64,000 bases of DNA from Octopus vulgaris (lineage: Eukaryota): contig OX597815.1 of the NCBI GenBank assembly GCA_951406725.2, positions 188,418,001 through 188,482,000 of the forward strand, written 5' to 3'. Below the pieces are notes generated by a model, which was not told where the DNA came from, did not search any database, and was given only the letters and a program-made list of their open reading frames with translations. The first letter of the stretch is position 1. Each line of letters begins with the position of its first letter. This document shows positions 1-10,195 of the stretch, piece after piece. The position numbers and the translations under genes were made by a program.

Positions 1-179
1 TAAGAATCCCTGTTTATGATTTTTTTACTGCTGTGTCGCCATTTGTCGGTGTATTTCAACCAGAAAAATGTTCACTTAAAGAGAATACCAAGATACATAA
101 TGCAAAATTTTTACTTTTCAAAACTTCCAATTCTAAAGGGTCGAAACAAACCCGAGCAAAGCCGGGCGATACTGCTAAT
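1..179 (+). mobile_element. Possible 3' end of a Helitron-like element
   Basis: GC hairpin CCCGAGCAAAGCCGGG a few nt before a CTAA (CTRR) terminus, then (TA)n; 5' part lies outside the window. Confidence 0.4.
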
Positions 180-202
180 ATATATATATGTATACAGATA
201 AA

Positions 203-378
203 TATACAAAATATTCTATAATTATATACATAATTATAATAAGGGGCCAGATAATTGCCTCACCATGTACTGAATTAGAAATAGATGCTATAGCGTCTAT
301 TTCTAATTCAATATGTGGTAAGGCAATTAGTTGCCCCCTTATTATAATTATGTATATAATTATAGAATATTTTGTATA
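203..378. repeat. Spacer-less ~176-bp palindrome in TA-rich context, with one-sided extension to ~460 (probable PLE fold-back stub)
   Basis: Arms 203-290 and 291-378 are near-exact reverse complements centred on GATGCTA|TAGCGTC. Confidence 0.8.
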
Positions 379-483
379 ATTTACCTAAAAGGTTTTTTAA
401 CGTACTGACTGTTTGGTAAAATTAGTATTATTAATAATCTTACCCTATATTATTACATATAAATATATGTATATAAATATATG

Positions 484-528
<45 letters not shown>

Positions 529-537
529 TTATATATA

Positions 538-664
538 AAACTATAATTTAGGGTATCTCTCAGATACCCTAAATTATAATTTTAAATAATTATTACCTTT
601 GTAAGGTTTTTATTCCCATGCTGGCCATTTGATAAGATCGATATTTAAAAATATCGATCTTATC
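538..664. repeat. Two short hairpins between (TA)n tracts
   Basis: TATAATTTAGGGTATCT-ctc-AGATACCCTAAATTATA and GATAAGATCGATATTT-aa-AAATATCGATCTTATC. Confidence 0.7.
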
Positions 665-736
665 CTTATTTATATAAATTTATATATGCATATATTTATA
701 TATATACATGTGTGTGTGTGTATACAAACAGATAAG

Positions 737-774
<38 letters not shown>

Positions 775-856
775 TAGATAAACATGCACACATAAACACA
801 CACACATACACACACATATACATATATATATATTCATATACATACATATACACACA

Positions 857-901
<45 letters not shown>

Positions 902-1223
902 AATTATTCATATTAGTTCCTTCATTTTTGCTGATGATGTCCAAGGACACCATAGACTTTATATGTTTTCTTAGAACACCATGAATTACATAACCCTACA
1001 CATGCAGCGACTTTTGTGCCTTTGCACTGTTGACCAACCTCTGTTTGTCCATAGTTCTGTTTTGAATTACCATATTCCTCTGAAGGTCTGGTATTCCAGT
1101 CCTGTTATGCAATCATGTAACATACCAGTATTAGTTAGTGAAACTTGCATAAGATTAAGTGATTTGTGACATTGCAATAAAAGTTTTTAAACCAACTCTC
1201 CTGTTTTATTCTGCTCTCAGATA

Positions 1224-1861
1224 TAAAAAACAAAATAAATGTTCCTTCTTGAGCCATGCCAGGCTCATAAGGGTCAGTTTCCCGGTTTCAGTGTCAGTCC
1301 AGGAATCGAAACCACAACCTCACAACCTTACAATCATGAGTTCAACACCCTAACCACTAAGCCATGCACCTCCACTAAATGTTCCTTCTCGAGCCATGCC
1401 AGGTTTGTAACGGCTGGTTTCTCAGTTTCAGTGGCGTAGAAGTCCCCCACCTGGATGGGATGCCGATCTATCGCCAGCTGAGTGCACTGGAGCAACATGA
1501 AATGAATTATTTTGCTTAAGAACACAACGCATTGCCCGGTCCAGGAATTGAAACCACAACCTTATGATCATGAGTTCAACACCTTAACCACTAAGCCACG
1601 TATCTCCACTATATGTTCCTTCTCAAGCCATGCCAGGTTCGTAAGGGCTGGTTTCCTGGTTTCAGTGGCATAGAACTTCCCCACCTGAACGGGACACTGG
1701 TCTGTCACAGGATTGCTCAATTTTGCCAGCTGAATGGACTGGAGCAACGTGAAATGAAGTGTCTTGCTCAAGAACACAATGCATCGCCCGGTCCAAGAAT
1801 CGAAACCACAACCTTATGATCATGAGTTCAACACCCTAACCACCAAGCTACGCGCCTCCAC
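1224..1861 (-). mobile_element. Head-to-tail trimer of a tRNA-headed SINE, bounded by one TSD
   Basis: Three related units (~1614-1861, 1379-1610, internally deleted 1239-1376) with A/B-box-like head and GGCATGGCTYRAGAAGGAAC tail; GCTCTCAGATA at 1213-1223 and 1862-1872. Confidence 0.75.
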
Positions 1862-1954
1862 GCTCTCAGATACAGACTTTGTAAATTATTCAAATGTATA
1901 TAATACCAAGCAAAACTCAGAGGACAAAAAACCTAATACTTGATTGAAATAAGG

Positions 1955-2385
1955 AGTGAGATGGCATAATTGCTTGCGTGCCAGGTAAAATGCTTAACAG
2001 CATTTCGTCTGTCTTTATGTTGTGAGTTCAAAATCTGCTGAGGTCAGCTCTGTGCATTTCATCTTTTTTGAGGTTGATAAATTTACCAGTTAAGTACTGG
2101 GATTATTGTAATCAACTTAGCCCCCACCCTAGAAATTGCTGACCTTGAAATGAATATTTAATTGAAATAAAGTGGTAGGTTGGCAGAGTCCTTAACAGTC
2201 TGGGAAAAATACTTAGAGCCATTTTGCCCTTCGCTATGTTCTGGGTTCAAATCCAGCCAAGGTCGACCTTGTCTCCCATCACTTCAGGGTCGATAAAATA
2301 AGCACCAGCTGAGCACTGGCAGTGAAGTGATCAACTTATCTCCTCCCTTGAAATTGCTGGCTTCGTGCTAAAATTTAAAACCAAT
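1955..2385 (+). mobile_element. Two diverged copies of SINE family B (Meta-domain-like)
   Basis: GTTCAAAT box B followed by GGTCGAC..TTTCATCCTTTCGGGGTCGATAAA..AGTACCAG-like central motif. Confidence 0.65.
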
Positions 2386-3120
2386 ATTTTATTGAAATTT
2401 GAAAATACGAGGAATTTCATGGAGAACTAAACATTAGTTAACTGTTGTGCTAGCTCAATCAAAATAAGGCTACTTTTTTATGTGTGTATATAAGCGTGTA
2501 TGTATATGTGTGTGTGTGTGTGACTTCAAGCTTCTACACCATTTCCAACTTAAAGCAACAATAGGCCCAGGGCTATAGTAGAAAACACTTTTCCTAAAAG
2601 GCCACCTTTTGGGACTGAACAGAAAGCCTTATAGTTATTAAATGAACATCGTAAATACTCAACCATGCCTTAAAAATACCTTTTGGTGTTGAAGTCATTT
2701 AATTATTTCATATAAAATAACAATCATTAAGGGTATGCATGTCTGTGGAGTACACAGCCACTTTCATGCGGACCAGTGTTAGCATGTTTACATTCCTGAA
2801 ACTTAGCAGTTCAGCAAAAGAGACTGATAGAATGAATAATTGGCTGAAAATAGAATAAGTCCTGAGATCAATTCGCTCAACTAAGAAAAAAATACTTCAA
2901 GGTGGTGCCCCAGCATGGGCTGCAGTCTAATGACTAAAACAAGTAGCATGTATTAAGAAATCTGAAAAGGAAAAAAGTGATGGAACTGACATGGAAGATT
3001 TTGCTGCAAAACATCCGGCGAGGAAATTTATTATACTAGATTAAGCTTTGGAGTGAGACATATATATTTATACAATTCAAATTCCTTGATTTGTCATGAA
3101 TTCTAATACATAGTTATGAT

Positions 3121-3594
3121 ACATGTACCGGCGGCACGTAAAAAGCACCATCTGAATGTGGCTGATGCCAGTGCCACCTTGACTGGCTTCTCTGCCGTTG
3201 GTACATGACCTGCTGTGCTTGAGGAGACCTATTGAGTCAAGTACATCAACATCAAAATAAATATCAAATGGTAATTATAATTGTGATACCAGTGCCGGTG
3301 GCATGTAAAAAGCACCATCTGAACGTGGCTGATGCCAGCACTGCCTTGACTGGCTTCTGTGCTGGTGGCACGTAAAGAGCACCAACCGATCGTGGCTGCT
3401 GCCAGCCTCTCCTGACACTTGTGCCGGTGGCACATAAAAAGCACCCACTACACTCATGGAGTGGTTGGCGTTAGGAAGGGCATCAAGCTGTAGAAACACT
3501 ACCAGATCAGACTGGAGCCTGGTACAGCCTCCTGGCTTCCCAGAACCCTGTCGACCCGCCCAACCCGTGCTAGCATGGAAAACGGACGTTAAAC

Positions 3595-3625
<31 letters not shown>

Positions 3626-3674
3626 GTGATGGTGATGGTGGTGGTGGTGGTGGTGGTGATGGTGATGGTGATGA

Positions 3675-3708
<34 letters not shown>

Positions 3709-3722
3709 GGTGATGGTGATGG

Positions 3723-3750
<28 letters not shown>
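3121..3750 (+). mobile_element. (GAT)n-tailed SINE family C (RTE-type tail) with internal ~60-bp repeats
   Basis: Repeated GCCGGTGGCACGTAAAAAGCACC modules; GGCGTTAGGAAGGGCATC..GCATGGAAA..GGACGTTAAAC(GAT)n end; ~80-bp direct repeats at 3039-3120 and 3751-3832. Confidence 0.8.
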
Positions 3751-3754
<4 letters not shown>

Positions 3755-4909
3755 AAGCTTTGGAGTAAGACATATATATTTCTACAATTCAAATTCCTTG
3801 ATTTGTCATGAGTTCTAATACATATTTTATGAATTCATTTCTCAGCACTTTGGAGTAGGTATTTTGCCTTGTACATCTTTAATATGATTCTTGCATCTTA
3901 ATTCTTGTGAAACCTCTGATTAATTTTCTTGTTTCATTCCGAACTTTGTTTTTCTTTCACTGCTTGCTGTTACATTTTGGAATTTGTGGTTGAAGGAAAT
4001 GTTTTTTTTTATTTTTCTTCTTTTCTTTTTAACGTTGTCAATAGGCTGCAAGAGAACACTAACACAGTAATATTGATTTTAAATCTATCATAATAAAAAA
4101 AAAAAATAAAACAGAAAAACTGATTAGAAGAGAGAATAATGCTAGCTTTGTTAATAGAAATGAATGAAATGGCTTTATGTCCTTTATCGTTCCATGATTG
4201 GCAGGTGATATGTTCTCACTGATTAAAGTCATTCATTACACTGCTTTTGTCTAGCCTTGCTTTTTTAAAAAAAAAATATTTGTTGACGTTTTTGTTTTCG
4301 CTTTTTTTTTGGTTGTTTTGGTTGCTTGGCTCCAGGTTGGTTCTAACTGAGCAGATCTATGATTAAAAGAGCTCCTACCATGACTATACCATATTTATTT
4401 TTCAAAACATCATATATCTAATAGCAAACCAGCCATTGCAGTAAGGTGTAATTTAAGCAAAATTTGCTTGCTATATCTAGCAGGTCAAGTGGCCATGTAG
4501 AGGCTCCTTCGCTTTGTTATTATTATTTAGTCCTTTATTCTGAGTTCATATTTCACCGAGGTCAACTTAGCCTTTCATCCTTTTGGGGTGGTTAATTAAT
4601 TACCATTTGTGTACTGGGTCAATGTAATTGACTTGCTCCTTCTCCCAAAATTTGAGGCCTTGTGTCTATAGTAGAAAGGATTATTTAATCCCTTATTAAG
4701 CCTCATTGAACAAAATTATGATGAAAGGCATTCTAACAATGACTACCCCATCTTTTTATTATGCACAGAGAAAACAGGACTATATCCAGTGTGTCCTATT
4801 CTAAAATGGTAAGATGTAATGATTTGAAAGAATTTGACTGCTTTTTGTAGCAGTTAAATGTCCGTTAAGAAGCTCTCTTGATAGCTTGTTCTTTGTATTA
4901 TATTTTCTT

Positions 4910-5332
4910 ATTTCTTATTTCTTTATTTCCCACAAGGGGACAATCATAGAGGGGACAAACAAGACAGACAAATGGATTGAGTCAATTACATTGACCCCAG
5001 TGCGTAACTGGTACTTAATTTATCGACCCCGAAAGGATGAAAGGCAAAGTCAACCTTGGTGGAATTTGAACTCAGAACGTAGTAGCAGATGAAATACCTA
5101 TTTCTTTACTACCCACAAGGGGCTAAATACAGAGAGGACAAACAAGGACAGACAAACGGATTAAGTTGATTACATCGACCCCAGTGCGTAACTGGTACTT
5201 AATTTATCGGCCCCAAAAGGGAGAAAGGCAAAGTCAACCTTGGCAGAATTTGAACTCAGAACGTAGCGGCAGATGAAATACCACTAAGCATTTCACCCGG
5301 CATGCTAACGTTTCTGCCAGCTCACCGCCTTA
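4910..5332 (-). mobile_element. SINE family B, internal dimer
   Basis: Reverse complement of the 6693-7110 element; body and tail repeated twice. Confidence 0.8.
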
Positions 5333-5677
5333 ATTATATTTTCTGTTGGCATTTAAGATGGTGAGCTGGTAAAATCATTACCACATTAGAAAACATATTC
5401 AATTGTATTTCTTTAGTCTCTTTTACTGGGGATGACTTTGGGGTTAATAGAATAAGTACCAGTTGGGCACTGGGGGCCATGTAATCAACTTCCCGTTCCT
5501 CTCACAATTGCTGGCCTTGTCCCAAAATTAGAAACCCTTATTTATCCATAATAATTGTTTGTTTTTTTTTATCATTGTCGTTGCTAATGTATTTAACAAA
5601 TTGTCTGTTCTTTGCAATGAAATTCTGTCATTTTATCAAAAGTATATTATAAAGGATTTGCAGCTGAGGCTTTACAC

Positions 5678-6100
5678 CAGTGTTTCTCAACCAGGGTTCC
5701 CTGGAACGCTATGGTTCTGCCAAAGGTTTCTAGGGGGTCCACAAGAAAGAGTGAGATAAACTAATGCTAATGTCATAATCATAATATTACTATTCATGCA
5801 CATGTTATTAGTTATTGTAATATTGGCTATTGTAATATTGTAATATTACAATATATATATATATTTTTAAGATAGGATAAAATCTTTATAAGAATTTATC
5901 AAGTAGTTTGCGTGAAAAACCTCATAAGAGAAAAAATCCATCAATTTTTTTTTTCCTTTAAATGTATTCATTTTTATTTTATAGAGGGCATTATTACACA
6001 TAAATGCCACACACTAGAAGGGACTCTTAAAGTCAAAACTAGTTTTGACTTTAAGAATCCCTCCTAGCATGTGGCATTTATGTGTAATAATGCCCTCTAT

Positions 6101-6157
<57 letters not shown>

Positions 6158-6287
6158 TTTACCTTGTGAACTACGATGAAAAAAATATGAGTAAGATATG
6201 GTATATAATCTTTTTTGTGCAGGGGTTCCTTGAGACATGTAATTTATTTTAAGGGTTATGCAAGGGTAAAACGGTTGAGAAACACTA
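5678..6287. mobile_element. hAT-type MITE containing a nested palindrome
   Basis: TIRs CAGTGTTTCTCAACC / GGTTGAGAAACACTA; perfect 8-bp TSD CTTTACAC (5670-5677, 6288-6295). Confidence 0.85.
5975..6106. repeat. Spacer-less 132-bp palindrome abutting (TA)n, with one-sided extension to ~5866 (probable PLE stub)
   Basis: Arms are reverse complements centred on AGTCAAAACT|AGTTTTGACT (6040/6041). Confidence 0.85.
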
Positions 6288-6355
6288 CTTTACACACAAA
6301 AAGTTTATTCTCACCTTTACTCCTTTTCTAACCAAACACATCTACACACACACAT

Positions 6356-6416
<61 letters not shown>

Positions 6417-6692
6417 TATATACATACAAGCATGTGTAAACACAGACATAAGACAAATTCTCAAACAGATGCAGAGCAGACCTTGGAGTGAGAGGGGAAA
6501 TCACTAAGCCACTGAAAAGATTGTGAACAGTAACAAAAAATCTTTGACTAACAAACAATCAATTCATTGTTTAACTAACTGCACACTAAACAAACAATCG
6601 ATTTGTTAGTTAGTTTGATATTTAACCAACTAACTAGAAATAAAAGAAAAACTGGAATGGAATCTGAGTGTGTGTTAGTATTGGCATCATAA

Positions 6693-7110
6693 AGGCGGCG
6701 AGCTGGCAGAAACGTTAGCATGCAGGGGAAAATGCGAAGCCATATTTCGTTTGCCATTATGTTCTGAGTTCAAATTCCGCCAAGGTCAACTTTGCCTTTC
6801 ATCCTTTCGGTGTTGATAAATTAAGTACCAGTTACGCACCGGGGTCAATGTAGTCGACTTAATCCGTTTGTCTGACCTTGTTTGTCCTCTCTGTGTTTAG
6901 CCCCTTGTGGGTAGTAAAGAAATAAGTATTTCGTCTGCCGTTACGTTCTGAGTTCAAATTCCGCCTAGGTCAACTTTGCCTTTCATCCTTTCGGGGTTGA
7001 TAAATTAAGTACCAGTTACACACTGGGGCCGATATAATTGACTTAATCTGTTTGTCTCTCCTTGTTTGTCCTCTCTGTGTTTAGCCCCTTGTGAGTAGTA
7101 AAGAAATAGG
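6693..7110 (+). mobile_element. SINE family B, internal dimer
   Basis: Head GGCGGCGAGCTGGCAGAAACGTTAGC, box B GAGTTCAAATTCC, central motif and tail GTAGTAAAGAAATA each present twice. Confidence 0.85.
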
Positions 7111-8073
7111 TATTGTCATCATGACACTCCAAAGACATATACACACAAAAAAAAAATAAGCTAGACTCTTCATTAAATTTACATCACTGAATTCCAGATA
7201 TATCTTATTAGAAATCAACCCTTCTTTTATTCGTTCCTAGATGCTGAATAAATATTTCAGACGTCAATGTCATTTTACACAAATATATTATATTATATAT
7301 GAATAGTTTTCGTTTCTCCAAAGATAACAAGAAATAAATTGAATAAGAAATATCATTGAGAGGTTTACTTGAATCTTTAAATAAATAAAGTTGTAGCTTG
7401 GAAACATTTGCAGTTCAAATTGACTGGAAATATTAGGTATCCCCTGTGAAAATTTTAGTGAAAGATCTGTATGGCAAAAGGAAATAACAATTGAGATTAT
7501 CAGCAAAATATTAATACCTAAAGAGAGAGAAAAAAATCAATCTTTATCATAATTATTATTCAAGCACAGAAACACATGAGCTGATTGAAAAAATAAAAGA
7601 ATTCAAAAATAATGATACAAACTAATACTCTGCTTTGCTTTCCTTTTTTAATAAATTATGTGAATAAAAGCAGGTGTTATTATGTGAAATTATGTTTCAG
7701 CATAGAATGCATAAGGAAATGGTTTAAATCATTTTTGTCATTCTGGTAACTCATGTTTATATTAACTAGCAAAGGATAATGAACAAAAATATTTGAAATC
7801 TTTTTAAATCTAAAATTTCAACTTTAGACCCTGCAAAGATTCACAAATGGAGAATAGATTTTGAAATGGTAATGTGTGTTTATAAATGGAAAATAATATA
7901 ATTTATATTTGGACATTAGTAATTCTATCACCAGACTCTACTGACAATATAAAAATTACACACACGTATATATATAGTAAAATCTATTTTCCAACGTAAA
8001 GTGGCAGTCTTGATTAGGATGATGTTACTACCTTTTTCTCACTTGTTTTCCTCTTTATATATATATATATATA

Positions 8074-8256
8074 GGCACAGGAATGGATGTGTGGTAAGTA
8101 GTTTGCTTACCAACCACATGGTTCTGGGTTCAGTCCCACTGTGTGGCACCTTGGAAAAGTGTCTTCTACTATAGCCTCGGGCAGACCAAAGCTTTGTGAG
8201 TGGATTTGGTAGATGGAAACTGAAAGAAGACCATCATATGTGTACGTATATATATA

Positions 8257-8299
<43 letters not shown>

Positions 8300-8510
8300 G
8301 TATGTGAGTGTATATGTTGTATATCTGTGTTTGTCCCCTCAACATCGCTTGACAACCAATGCTGGTGTGTTTATGTCCCCATAACTTAGCGGTTCAGCAA
8401 AAGAGACTGATACAAAGAATAAGTTGTGGAGTCGATTTGCTCGACTAAAGGCGGTGCTCCAGCATGGCCACAGTCAAATAACTGAAACAAGTAAAAGAGT
8501 AAAAAGAGTA
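8074..8510 (+). mobile_element. SINE family A (tRNA head, CORE-like segment, central microsatellite, (AAAGAGT)n tail)
   Basis: GGCACAGGA..GTGGTAAG..GGTTCAGTCCC..GGCACCTTGG head; matches at least 10 other copies in the window. Confidence 0.85.
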
Positions 8511-8907
8511 TACACACACACATACATATATATTTTTGTTGTGTTGATAAAAATATAGATCAGAAATAATTGAAAGATATTCATTAGAAAGTAGATCAAT
8601 CTCAGAATTTTACCAAGATACATACAAACAGATAAATTGACAGAGTGTGAGAGAAACAGAGAGAAGGAGAAAAATAGAGAGTAATAGAAAAACAGTACCA
8701 TTCTAAAGAATTTGATAATCCTATAAATTGAAGCCAATATATATTTGGATAAAGAAGGAAATGGTTCCTGCTTGTAGCATAAAATAGCATAATACAGATT
8801 ATCAAAGTGTAGCATTGCAGTATCCACAGCGACCAGGAATATAATATGATTTGATAAAACAAAAATCAATCTGATTACACAGATGATATATAGATTATGA
8901 AATAATT

Positions 8908-9312
8908 GTCTCTTTTACTCTTTTACTTGTTTCAGTCATTTCATTGTGGCCATGCTGGAGCACCGCCTTTAGTCGAGCAAATCGACCCCAGTACTCATTC
9001 TTTGTAAGCCTAGTACTTATTCTATTGTTTTCTTTTACTGAACTGCTACGTTATGGTGATGTAAACACACCAGCATTGGTTGTCAAGCGAAGTTGGGGGG
9101 ACAAACACAGACACACAAACACACACACACACACACACACACATATAAACGATGAGCTTCTTTCAGTTTCCGTCTACCAAATCCACTCACAAGGCTTTGG
9201 TCGGCCCAAGGCTATAGTAGAAGACATTTGCCCAAGGTGCCACACAGTGGGAATGAACCCAGAACCATGTGGTTGGTAAGCAAACTACTTACCACACAGC
9301 CACTCCTGCGTC
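8908..9312 (-). mobile_element. SINE family A
   Basis: Reverse complement of the family A consensus; tail-to-tail with the 8074 copy. Confidence 0.85.
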
Positions 9313-9534
9313 TACCAAAAATTTATTTAAAAGTGGGTGGTCATTGAAAATTTCATAATTATAATAGTGTTTGCAGAATGCTAAATAGTTAATGAATTTC
9401 ATAAGCTGCATCATTTTGGTTATAATAATCTTCCTTATTTACTCATAACCTTTCCCTTATTTCTCCTCTTTCTCCTCTTCCACTTCCCCCTTTCACCTTA
9501 CTTTCCCATCTTCCCCATTATCATCATGGACATC

Positions 9535-9918
9535 ACCAGTGCCAGTGGTACTTAAAAAGCACCATCCAAGCACGGTCGATACCAGTGCTGGCTGACTGGT
9601 CCTGTGCTGGCAGCACGTAAAAAGCACCATTTGAATGTGGTCATTGCCAGTGCCAGCTGACTGGCTCCCATGCTGGCAGCACGTAAAAAGCACCATTCAA
9701 GCGTGGTCAATGCCAGGACTGCCTGACTGGCCCTCATGCCGGTGGCACATAACAAGCACCCTCTGCACTCTCAGAGTGGCTGGTGTTAGGAAGGGCTGTA
9801 GAAACTTTACCTGATCGGATTGGAGCCTGGTGCAGTCTTCTGGCTTGCCTGTCCTCAGTCAAACCATCCAACCCATGCCAGCATGGAAAGTGGACGTTAA
9901 ACGACGACGATGATCATG
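9535..9918 (+). mobile_element. SINE family C
   Basis: GCACGTAAAAAGCACC modules and GGACGTTAAAC(GAC/GAT)n tail. Confidence 0.8.
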
Positions 9919-9957
9919 ATATAGAAGATATACTGATATATATATATATATATATAT

Positions 9958-10195
9958 CAGGTGGCAAGCTGGCAGAAGTGTTAGCACGCCGGGTGAAATG
10001 TGTAGCCGTATTTCGTTTGCCGTTATGTTCTGAGTTCAAATTCCGCCAAGGTCAATTTTGCCTTTCATCCTTTTGGGGTCGATTAAATAAGTACCAGTTA
10101 TGCACTGGGGTCGATATAATCGACTTAATCCGTTTGTCTGTCCTTGTTTGTCCCCTCTATGTTTAGCCCCTTGTGGGTAGTAAAGAAATAGATAT
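9958..10195 (+). mobile_element. SINE family B
   Basis: Full head, central motif and tail. Confidence 0.85.

Noticed and set aside
931-960. CTGATGA followed by a TGTCC/GGACA hairpin
   Set aside because: No GAAA after stem II and no stem I or III
8107-8355. Recurring peptides such as EDTCPRCHAVGLNPEPCGW and SEFKFRRGRLCLSSF in many ORFs
   Set aside because: Conceptual translations of SINE families A and B, not a protein family
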